The notes under the pieces were generated by a model. It searched no databases. It worked only from the letters and a program-made list of their open reading frames with translations, and had not been told where the DNA came from. Shown in pieces: positions 56,291 through 64,000 of a stretch of 64,000 nucleotides of DNA. Position 1 is the first letter of the stretch, and every line of letters starts with the position of its first letter. Where the stretch lies: contig CAZVKJ010000004.1 in NCBI GenBank assembly GCA_964626855.1, positions 4,869 through 68,868 of the forward strand, in the 5' to 3' direction. Origin of the DNA: an uncultured Bacteroidales bacterium (GTDB lineage Bacteria; Bacteroidota; Bacteroidia; Bacteroidales; CAIWKO01). Both the position numbers and the translations under genes were made by a program.

Positions 56291-59125
56291 TTAATACCTT
56301 GAGAATCCATGTTTAAACCGCAGCTGATCGAAATTTACGCTGTAGATAAGCTCGGATAAAATCTTGCTGTTGTTGAATAAATAAGTGGTTCTTATCCCCA
56401 GGCTTATGGGCGCAAGAAACCTCAGAAAATGAAAATCGCTCACAACCGCTATGCCTGCCGAGCTTAATGAGTGCCGATTGTTATCCTTTTCAACCACATA
56501 AGCGTAATCATAGTAAAAAGAAGCCCTGAAACGCTTGATATAAAGCAATGATCCGATGCTCCAGTCAGGATAGAATAAAGGCATTTCATACGAACTGTTA
56601 CAGACAAGCGTCTTTTTAAAATTACCGCTGTCAAAGCCATGAGGCAGGTTCACCAGGTCGCTGAAGATATAATCTTTTCCAAGCCTTTGCTGGTATGCGC
56701 CATAGATACTGAGGCTGTGATGCCTGCCGATGCCGGGGAAATAAAGCCGTGCCTGAACGGCTGAAATATCACCAAGTTGTGCCCCTGAAAATGGTGTATG
56801 CGCGTAGTCAAATTCCAGCAGTTGGCCCCAGCGGGGATTGATATCCCTGGCTGAAGTTTTCAGGATATTGTATCCATAAATACGATAATTCATCGCTTGG
56901 TAAAACCCTGAAAATGCATCATCAGGATAATTTTTCAGGGGGATGAGTTTGTTATAATCAAACGTAATTTCCGGCTTCAGGAAAAGGTAATATTTCCCTG
57001 CTTCAAAATTGAAAGGAATATTGATGCCGGCATTCAAATCCAGAACATTATAGGTAATTGTATCGGTCCTGGCAAAGTTGTATGAAAATCCCAGATCAAT
57101 TTCCGGATACCATCCCCGGTAGCTGAATTGTGCATAAACCCGCGACTGTGGCTTGTTCCACTCATGTTCATAACCTGCACTGAAAAACATAGTGCTCAAA
57201 AGGTTTTGAGACTGGATTTCAATACCGGGTTTTACCGTGGTGTTGTCGGCATTTATTGATAAGGGCCCCCAGCTGTGAAAATTGAAAAGGTTCAGAAACT
57301 TTGAATAATGTTTAACAGGGTATGTTTTTTTGTCAGCGCCATAAAAGTCTATTGTTTTTGTTGATGGTGTAATGAGCGACTGGTAGAGTTTGTCAGAATG
57401 ATCTGTAATGATTTCCAATGCTTCCCACGTTGCCGTGTCCGTTTTACATACGGCCGGCCTGTATCCGTCGGCTGTGTATTCCGAATAAAGCAATTCTTCG
57501 CCATCATCTGATATTGAAGGGTCAGAGGCGCCATATAATGTCGATGTTACCCTGAAGATTTTTTTTGTCCGGGTATTCAGCGCATAGATATCATTTATTC
57601 CTGAATAACCAGCAATAAAAAATACCGTATTTTTATAAATCAGGGGCTGGGCAATCTCGGTATAACCGGCTTCTGTCAGATCAGTTGATTTTCCCAGGCT
57701 GTCGAGCAGGCAAATACGTTTTCCATAACGGTTCAGGGCAATGTAAACAATCTCTTTACCTGTTTCGGACCAGCGTGGCGTCATCAGAAAATCTTCCGGT
57801 TCTGCATCGAAAATCTTTTTAAAATCCCCGGTTTCAGCATCAATGACCGCTAGTGATGACCGGTCGTTGGTGCTTTGCCCGGTGCAGACAATGTTTTTTC
57901 CCTGTTTATCAAGGTCGGGAGCAAAAAAGCGTGTCCGGTGTGTAAGCTTACGGCTCCGGTGTTTTTTCAGATCATAAACTTTAATTACCGAATAAGAGCG
58001 GTTTTCCCAGCGTGGGTCTGAGGTGTTCTCTGCCCAGGTTATTTTATCTCCGTCCTTGCTGAATGATGCAGATGAATATGCCCCGGGTGTGAACAGGCGA
58101 TGCTCTTTTCCGGAACTGTCAATACAAATAAAGCGTGTAACATCGTTCAGCCCCGAGCGGACACACAAATAGCTATTGCCATTCAAATACTTTGGAAAGT
58201 TAAAACTGGCATATAACTTATTTTCCGGGATTTTTATCAGAACGGATTCCGACAATTTGGTCCGCGACTTTTGTTCCGTCCACAGGCTGTCAAGCCGGTG
58301 AAAACAAAATTTATAAAGCTCAACCTTGTTCATACCGCTCACCTGCTTTTGCCCCTGGTTGAACGGAATGATCATGACTGGGACCCGTGCCGTTTTTTCA
58401 AGAGCTTTTTCCCAGAGGGAATCCGTGTAATATTTTCTTGCCGCAGCAACAAGTTGGTAGCCGAATTCATACCTGCCGGGCGTAAAACTCTTATAGGAGC
58501 CAAAACAGGCTTTGTTATAATTATACAACCCTTTTTCCATGACCTGTGCCCTGATTTTCATGGTAAACTGCGGGGTTCTGCCCCTGCCGCTGTTACTGAA
58601 AGCCGTTTCAGTGCAAACGGCATCACCTTCGATAAACCAGAATGGGACAAATGCCCCTAATATGCCGGCTGTAGCCTGCTGCCCGAAAATGCAGGACAAT
58701 GCCCGTGAAAAACCTCTGTTGATCTTGCTGTACTGTATCACATGCCTGAATTCATGCAACATAAGCTGGTCGTACCAGGGCTGGGCATAATCGTCCTGGC
58801 CGGGGCAGGTAAAAAACTCTATCCTCTTCGGGGCCCAGGGCACTTCAGCATTTGAGATAACGGAATTATTATGGAGTACAACAGGGATCCTGGCAGGGCT
58901 TACCTTCATATCTTTACTTAAAGGCCCGTAAACCTGCTCAAAGCCATTGGCGATATATTGTGCCTGTCGTTCAAAGCCCGAAGGGAAAATGATCCTGAAA
59001 TGCTCTGTTTTGATCACATTCCATTTTACAGTGGCAGGATCCTGGCCAAGGCTGTAAAACTGAGCATGGACCGTGACCGTTAATAACAGAAAAAATATAA
59101 TAAGTATTTTTTTTAATAGACTCAT
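56291..59125 (-). CDS. secreted HExxH metallopeptidase-like protein with beta-propeller repeats and C-terminal beta-barrel-like region
   Basis: Start moved to MSLLKKILIIFFLLLTVTVHAQ at 59125. The 109-codon upstream extension overlaps the divergent gene. HExxH in QLMLHEFRHVIQY. TolB/WD40-like repeats (DGDKITWAEN, DGEELLYSEY). The C-terminal ~330 aa are rich in alternating aromatic beta-strands. Confidence 0.6.
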   Translation of the reverse strand: MSLLKKILIIFFLLLTVTVHAQFYSLGQDPATVKWNVIKTEHFRIIFPSGFERQAQYIANGFEQVYGPLSKDMKVSPARIPVVLHNNSVISNAEVPWAPKRIEFFTCPGQDDYAQPWYDQLMLHEFRHVIQYSKINRGFSRALSCIFGQQATAGILGAFVPFWFIEGDAVCTETAFSNSGRGRTPQFTMKIRAQVMEKGLYNYNKACFGSYKSFTPGRYEFGYQLVAAARKYYTDSLWEKALEKTARVPVMIIPFNQGQKQVSGMNKVELYKFCFHRLDSLWTEQKSRTKLSESVLIKIPENKLYASFNFPKYLNGNSYLCVRSGLNDVTRFICIDSSGKEHRLFTPGAYSSASFSKDGDKITWAENTSDPRWENRSYSVIKVYDLKKHRSRKLTHRTRFFAPDLDKQGKNIVCTGQSTNDRSSLAVIDAETGDFKKIFDAEPEDFLMTPRWSETGKEIVYIALNRYGKRICLLDSLGKSTDLTEAGYTEIAQPLIYKNTVFFIAGYSGINDIYALNTRTKKIFRVTSTLYGASDPSISDDGEELLYSEYTADGYRPAVCKTDTATWEALEIITDHSDKLYQSLITPSTKTIDFYGADKKTYPVKHYSKFLNLFNFHSWGPLSINADNTTVKPGIEIQSQNLLSTMFFSAGYEHEWNKPQSRVYAQFSYRGWYPEIDLGFSYNFARTDTITYNVLDLNAGINIPFNFEAGKYYLFLKPEITFDYNKLIPLKNYPDDAFSGFYQAMNYRIYGYNILKTSARDINPRWGQLLEFDYAHTPFSGAQLGDISAVQARLYFPGIGRHHSLSIYGAYQQRLGKDYIFSDLVNLPHGFDSGNFKKTLVCNSSYEMPLFYPDWSIGSLLYIKRFRASFYYDYAYVVEKDNNRHSLSSAGIAVVSDFHFLRFLAPISLGIRTTYLFNNSKILSELIYSVNFDQLRFKHGFSRY

Positions 59126-59225
59126 AGCCGGGCTGATATGCCAAAAGTACAAAATGCAGTAAATATTCTTGAATGAAACTTTGAATAACTTTTTGAAAAA
59201 CGTAACTTTGTTGAAAATTAGTGAT

Positions 59226-59591
59226 ATGAAATTCATTATAAAAGTCTTAATAACAGCCTGTGCAGTGATGTTCACCGCATGGCTTCTGCCGCATATAGAG
59301 GTTGATAATTTCTGGACCTGTATTCTTGTAGCATTTGTACTGGCAATATTGAATGCTATGGTGAGGCCGGTTTTATTATTTATCAGTATTCCGGCTACTA
59401 TTCTGACATTGGGATTGTTCATTTTTGTTATCAATGCTTTGATCATCATCATTGCCTCCTATTTTGTTGACGGCTTTAAAGTGGAAGGCTTCTGGTGGGC
59501 TTTATTGTGCAGTATCATTGTTTCATTTGTTAGCAGCGTGTTGAACAGCCTGGTTCATGGTAATAAAAATAGTCAGGAGGTTCAGAGGTAA
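59226..59591 (+). CDS. small membrane protein of the phage-holin-4_2 / YvlD-like family
   Basis: Start moved to MKFIIKVL at 59226. Four TM segments. Contains ILNAMVRPVLLFISIPATILTLGLFIFVINALII. Confidence 0.6.
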   Translation: MKFIIKVLITACAVMFTAWLLPHIEVDNFWTCILVAFVLAILNAMVRPVLLFISIPATILTLGLFIFVINALIIIIASYFVDGFKVEGFWWALLCSIIVSFVSSVLNSLVHGNKNSQEVQR

Positions 59592-59621
59592 GGGTTTTGA
59601 CACGTGAAGCGTTTTAAATGA

Positions 59622-60788
59622 ATGAGTAAAATGGAACTTTCCGATATTATCAACCACCTGGGAGAAGAGCGAAACGAGTACTATAATTCGGTTGCGCCAC
59701 CGATTGTCAGGACAAGTAATTTTTGTTTCGCTAGTGTTGAAGAGATGCGGTGCAATATCAATAAGGAATTTGAGGTTCCGTTTTATACACGGGGAAATAA
59801 CCCTACCGTAAGCATTTTGCGAAAAAAAATGGCAGCGCTTGAAAAGACCGAAGATGCACTTATTACCTCAAGCGGCTGTGCGGCGATCAGTGCAGCAGTG
59901 TTCGGAAACCTTTCAGCAGGCGATCATGCGATCTGCGTGAAAAATTGCTATAGCTGGACGCACACGCTGTTCAATGATATCCTGAGGAGGTTCGGCGTCC
60001 ATGTCAGCATTATTGACGGTACACGCGTGGAATTCTTTAAAAATGCCATTACGCCGCATACACGGCTGATCATGCTGGAAAGCCCCACATCTTTCATGAT
60101 GGAATTGCAGGATCTGAGAGCGATTGCAGCCTTGGCAAAAACGCATGAAATAACAACCGTTATCGACAACAGCTATTCAACGCCTCTCTTTCAGAATCCC
60201 GCAGAAATGGGTATCGACATTGTGGTTCATTCGGCTTCAAAGTATTTAGGGGGGCATAGCGACCTTATTGCCGGAGTGATATGTTCTTCTGAGAAAATGA
60301 TACGCAGGCTTTTTGCGCAGGAATACCTTGCCTTTGGCGGGATCATCACACCGGATAATGCATGGCTGATTCTACGGGGCATGCGAACCTTGCCATTGCG
60401 GATGAATCAGGTGTACCAGACCTGCCGGAAGGTTGTCGATTTTCTGGAAGACCATCCCAAGGTGGAAAAAGTGTTGTGGCCCTTTGCAAAGAGTTTTCCG
60501 CAGTCTGAGCTTGCATCAAAGCAGATGAAAGGAGCCGGCGGGCTGTTTTCTTTTACCTTGAAAACAAAAGAGATGGAACGCGTTGATGCTTTTTGCAATA
60601 AGTTGAAACACTTTTTGCTGGCCTGCTCATGGGGCGGGCACGAATCGCTGGTTTTCCCGGCATCGGTGCTTTACAGCTCGCAGAATAATAATAAGGAACT
60701 ACCGTTTAACCTGGTGCGCATGAATATAGGACTGGAAGAGGCCGATGTGCTGATTGCCGATATTCAGCAAGCCCTGGAGCATGTCTGA
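59622..60788 (+). CDS. Cys/Met-metabolism PLP-dependent enzyme (cystathionine beta-lyase/gamma-synthase family)
   Basis: 388 aa. PLP-lysine motif HSASKYLGGHSD, with family-typical RGNNPT and DNSYSTP. Confidence 0.8.
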   Translation: MSKMELSDIINHLGEERNEYYNSVAPPIVRTSNFCFASVEEMRCNINKEFEVPFYTRGNNPTVSILRKKMAALEKTEDALITSSGCAAISAAVFGNLSAGDHAICVKNCYSWTHTLFNDILRRFGVHVSIIDGTRVEFFKNAITPHTRLIMLESPTSFMMELQDLRAIAALAKTHEITTVIDNSYSTPLFQNPAEMGIDIVVHSASKYLGGHSDLIAGVICSSEKMIRRLFAQEYLAFGGIITPDNAWLILRGMRTLPLRMNQVYQTCRKVVDFLEDHPKVEKVLWPFAKSFPQSELASKQMKGAGGLFSFTLKTKEMERVDAFCNKLKHFLLACSWGGHESLVFPASVLYSSQNNNKELPFNLVRMNIGLEEADVLIADIQQALEHV

Positions 60789-60831
60789 TAATGATAAAAC
60801 AAGTCAAATGGGATTTTAAAATCTTCATAAC

Positions 60832-61137
60832 ATGACAGTCTTGGTTAACATCGTCAGCTGGCTTGAGCACCACAGTGCGCCTTGTTTATTTAAAAAATTG
60901 ACTGGATTTGCCTGCCCGGGCTGCGGAACACAACGCGCGGTCATTGAACTTTTAAAAGGAAATTTGTTGAATAGTATAAAGGAGTGGCCCGCCTTATTAC
61001 CTGTGGCTTTTATGATGATTTACCTCATGCTGTTTTTAATTTTTAGATTCAAAAATGGCCTGAAAATATTACAGATCAGTTTTATAATAAATGCGATCAT
61101 CATACTTATCAATTACATTTATAAGTTATTTTTGTAA
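60832..61137 (+). CDS. DUF2752-like small membrane protein
   Basis: 101 aa. CLFKKLTGFACPGCGTQRA motif followed by two TM segments. Confidence 0.6.
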   Translation: MTVLVNIVSWLEHHSAPCLFKKLTGFACPGCGTQRAVIELLKGNLLNSIKEWPALLPVAFMMIYLMLFLIFRFKNGLKILQISFIINAIIILINYIYKLFL

Positions 61138-61224
61138 AACGAACGTTTTGTCTGCCACAACAAATCATGATGATAAGTTGTTTGAATAAATTTAAAATTT
61201 TATGAATAAGAAACATTGAACGAT

Positions 61225-61569
61225 ATGGAAGAGCAACAAACAGAATTTCAAAGCCCTGTCACCGGGCAGAAAATGATCCCGTATTCTATTACTGCCATGG
61301 TGTTTGGGATTGTATCCATCGTGGTAATGTGTTATTTTGGCTGGGTTGCAGCCATTGTAGCCCTGGTGTTACACAAAAAGGGAATGAGGATTTATAATGA
61401 AAATCCTTCTGATTATAAACAAGGATCGCTTAGCATGATGCGAACGGCAAAGGTTTGCGGAATAATAGGTCTGATCGTTTCTATTGTATCAACCGTGTTA
61501 TATCTGTTGTATTTTGTTTTTATCCTGGGATTGTCTACATATTCCTTTAATTCAGCCATACATTACTAA
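61225..61569 (+). CDS. DUF4190/CCC-motif-like small membrane protein
   Basis: Start moved to ATG 61225. Two hydrophobic hairpins (MVFGIVSIVVMCYFGWVAAIVALVL and CGIIGLIVSIVSTVLYLLYFVFIL). Confidence 0.5.
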   Translation: MEEQQTEFQSPVTGQKMIPYSITAMVFGIVSIVVMCYFGWVAAIVALVLHKKGMRIYNENPSDYKQGSLSMMRTAKVCGIIGLIVSIVSTVLYLLYFVFILGLSTYSFNSAIHY

Positions 61570-61571
61570 TC

Positions 61572-63095
61572 ATGAAAATACTCCCTGTCAGCCAGGTACG
61601 TGAGGCGGATGCCTATACCATATCCAATGAACCTGTTGCTTCTGTCGACCTTATGGAGCGTGCCGCAACAAAATGTTCCAACTGGATTCTTCAGCATCTG
61701 GGGCGGGGCAGAAGCTATAAGATATTTTGCGGTACCGGCAACAATGGCGGTGATGGCTTGGTAATAGCACGTCATCTCGCCGAAAAAAATGTCCGGGTTG
61801 AAATCTTCATCGTACGTTACAGTGATAAATGCTCAGAGGATTTTTCTTTAAATATGTCACGTCTGACGAAGATCAGGAAAATCAAAATTGTTGACATAAA
61901 TAATCAGGAGGATATCCCGGCTATAAATTCAACAGATATTGTCATTGATGCCATCTTTGGTTCGGGATTGACAAAGCCGGTTATTGAGGGTATTGCGGCA
62001 GAGGTTATTGATGCTGTAAACCAAAGCAGGGCTGAAGTGGTTGCTGTTGATATTCCATCGGGGCTCTTTGGTGAGGATAATACTGAGAATACGGGAAAAA
62101 TTATCCAGGCCCGGCATACCCTCACATTCCAGTTTCCGAAGCTTTCATTTTTCTTTGCATCAAATGAGAAGTATGTTGGCAGCTGGCAGGTCCTTCCCAT
62201 CGGCTTGCATCCTGAGTTTATCAGGAATGTTGATGTGAGGAACTATTATACGGAGCATGACGACTGCAAAGCGCTTATAAAACCAAGAAATAGGTTTTCT
62301 CATAAAGGTACTTACGGGCATGCATTGCTTGTGTGTGGCTCGTATGGAAAGATAGGTGCTGCGGTGCTTGCTGCGCGCGCCTGCCTCCGCTCGGGTGCCG
62401 GCCTGGTTACTTCTCATCTTCCCAAATGCGGATATAAGATCATGCAAACGGCTGCACCGGAGATCATGTGCAGCATTGACAGCGATAAAGAGGTGCCGTC
62501 GGATCATGTTGATATTAAACAGTATAATGCCGTGGGTATCGGGCCGGGCATCGGCAATGATGAAAAGACTCAGAAAGCCTTGAAATTGCTGGTTCAAAAC
62601 TGTAACAGCCCCGTGGTTTTTGATGCTGATGCCTTAAATATCCTTTCGGAAAACCCGACCTGGATTCCTTTTGTGCCGAAGAATTCAATATTTACCCCTC
62701 ACCCAAAGGAATTTGAACGTCTGGCCGGTAAAAGTTCAAATGAAACGGAAAGACAGAAAAGGCAGGTTGAATTCTCAAAGAAACACGGAATATATGTCGT
62801 TTTAAAAGGCGCGTACACGTGCATCAGCACGCCGGCGGGCGATTGTTATTTTAATTCTTCCGGCAACCCGGGCATGGCTACCGCTGGCAGTGGTGATGTG
62901 CTGACCGGCATCATCACGGGTTTGCTTGCGCAGGGCTACACGCCTTTCGAAGCCAGTATCCTGGGTGTATATGTTCATGGCTTTGCCGGCGACCTTGCCG
63001 CGAAACGGTATGGTTATGAAGCTACAACGGCTTCCGAGATCATCAATATGCTGGGGAAAGCCTTTTTAAGATTAAAAACGCTGTCAGATCAATAA
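61572..63095 (+). CDS. nnr: bifunctional NAD(P)H-hydrate repair enzyme (epimerase / ADP-dependent dehydratase)
   Basis: 507 aa. YjeF-N motif CGTGNNGGDG and a C-terminal carbohydrate-kinase-like domain with GSGDVLTG. Confidence 0.88.
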   Translation: MKILPVSQVREADAYTISNEPVASVDLMERAATKCSNWILQHLGRGRSYKIFCGTGNNGGDGLVIARHLAEKNVRVEIFIVRYSDKCSEDFSLNMSRLTKIRKIKIVDINNQEDIPAINSTDIVIDAIFGSGLTKPVIEGIAAEVIDAVNQSRAEVVAVDIPSGLFGEDNTENTGKIIQARHTLTFQFPKLSFFFASNEKYVGSWQVLPIGLHPEFIRNVDVRNYYTEHDDCKALIKPRNRFSHKGTYGHALLVCGSYGKIGAAVLAARACLRSGAGLVTSHLPKCGYKIMQTAAPEIMCSIDSDKEVPSDHVDIKQYNAVGIGPGIGNDEKTQKALKLLVQNCNSPVVFDADALNILSENPTWIPFVPKNSIFTPHPKEFERLAGKSSNETERQKRQVEFSKKHGIYVVLKGAYTCISTPAGDCYFNSSGNPGMATAGSGDVLTGIITGLLAQGYTPFEASILGVYVHGFAGDLAAKRYGYEATTASEIINMLGKAFLRLKTLSDQ

Positions 63096-63626
63096 TTCAG
63101 CTATTTCTTTTCTTGTCCGGGGCTTCAGTGCCCTTTTCTGCAAATGTTCCGGCAATGATGCAATGTCTCCGTGATATCCAACGGCTGCAACGGATATAAG
63201 CGAATATTCCTCTGTGATGTTGAAATGCTCACGAGCCTTTTCCTGGCTGTAACCGCCCATCTGGTGAACATAAATGCCCTGTTCCATCGCAGCGATAATA
63301 AAGTTCATCATCGCCATGCCGGTATCATACTGATGGTAGGGGTTGGGCTTACCGTTGTATGAAGAAAACTTTTTTGCCATAACAAGAATTAGGACTGGCG
63401 CAGATTTCGCCCATTCTTTGTTGGTATCAGCAAGGCAATCAAAGAGTTTTTCATATTGTTTGCTGTCTTTTTTCGGGCAGACAATAAATCGCCAGGGCTG
63501 TTCATTAAATGCAGAGGGTGCCCAGCGGGCTGCTTCAAAAAGCTGCAACAGCATTTCATGATCTACTTCTTTTTCAGAAAATATGACCGGGCTGTAACGC
63601 TTAAAAATAATTTCTGTAGCTGTCAT
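63084..63626 (-). CDS. nitroreductase family protein
   Basis: 180 aa, with RYSPVIFSEKEV...AARWAPSAFNEQPWRF. Its 3' end overlaps nnr convergently by 12 bp. Confidence 0.8.
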   Translation of the reverse strand: MTATEIIFKRYSPVIFSEKEVDHEMLLQLFEAARWAPSAFNEQPWRFIVCPKKDSKQYEKLFDCLADTNKEWAKSAPVLILVMAKKFSSYNGKPNPYHQYDTGMAMMNFIIAAMEQGIYVHQMGGYSQEKAREHFNITEEYSLISVAAVGYHGDIASLPEHLQKRALKPRTRKEIAELLI

Positions 63627-63840
63627 GGTTGTTGATAAATGATGGACACATTAATTTTAAATCCTTGTTCTGTTGCATCAAAGATACTTAGTTTTACGAC
63701 CATCTGAAAATGATTTTTCAGGTAAATCTCCTTCAGATGGCATTGAGTTCAGCTATACGCCTGAGTGCTTGTCAGCGGTATATTTTATCCTTTTATGATG
63801 AATTCGTTTAAAAATTCATTATTTTTGAAAAAAATCGTCT

Positions 63841-64000
63841 ATGAGAAAATGGCTTTTCCTGTTTATTTCCGCCATATTGTTTTTATCATGTGGTGGCGCC
63901 GGTGATAATGCAAAGAAAGAGGATACTGCTGCAGATTCAGCAAATAATGATGAAAAAGTTGCCGTGACCAAACCTGTGATGCTGGATGAAATATCCTTTC
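63841..64000 (+). CDS. hypothetical lipoprotein (5' partial, runs off the window)
   Basis: ATG at 63841, lipobox signal MRKWLFLFISAILFLSCGG, and an open frame to the window end. Confidence 0.45.
   Translation, partial: MRKWLFLFISAILFLSCGGAGDNAKKEDTAADSANNDEKVAVTKPVMLDEISF

Noticed and set aside
59126-59452. A 109-codon N-terminal extension of the HExxH protein ORF (MMMIKALITK...).
   Set aside because: It overlaps the divergent holin-like gene and has no signal peptide. A canonical signal peptide (MSLLKKILIIFFLLLTVTVHAQ) starts at 59125.
59226-59591. Taking the phage-holin-family membrane protein as evidence of a prophage.
   Set aside because: No other phage-like genes (lysin, terminase, capsid, integrase) are nearby. 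This family is common as a chromosomal small membrane protein.

Overview
This 64-kb window looks like a Bacteroidota chromosome. Evidence: T9SS type A and type B C-terminal sorting domains, TAnnTTTG -7 promoter boxes about 20-45 nt upstream of several start codons, and a Rho factor with a ~220-aa K/E/P/Q-rich insertion. Recognisable core genes are lpxD, rho, sucC, thioredoxin, nnr, a LolD-like ABC ATPase, an aldehyde:ferredoxin oxidoreductase and a Cys/Met PLP enzyme. Accessory material sits between them.

The main finding is a very AT-rich three-gene operon at 9875-14945 (+ strand), with the genes joined by ATGA stop/start overlaps. It encodes a 1138-aa helical protein ending in a degenerate GHKL/histidine-kinase-like ATPase, a stand-alone receiver domain, and a receiver fused to a PNP/MTA-nucleosidase-fold domain. 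This is the architecture of the Detocs anti-phage two-component system (DtcA/DtcB/DtcC, ATP-nucleosidase effector), here in a divergent form. A decayed T9SS cargo gene remnant lies about 0.8 kb downstream of the operon.

Other notable content:
- five tandem paralogs of a TMTC-like GT-C glycosyltransferase-TPR fusion (27.6-37.7 kb);
- two unrelated RAYT (IS200-like Y1 transposase) genes, each embedded in its own REP hairpin array;
- a low-GC three-gene islet (51.3-54.0 kb) in which two genes share a duplicated ~180-bp upstream module;
- a ~100-nt element repeated at the 3' ends of two unrelated genes;
- an 11-unit heptamer repeat rich in stop codons;
- a LemA-DUF2207 pair.

I found no rRNA, tRNA or CRISPR array by eye. 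All family assignments come from motif recognition only, and no searches were run.
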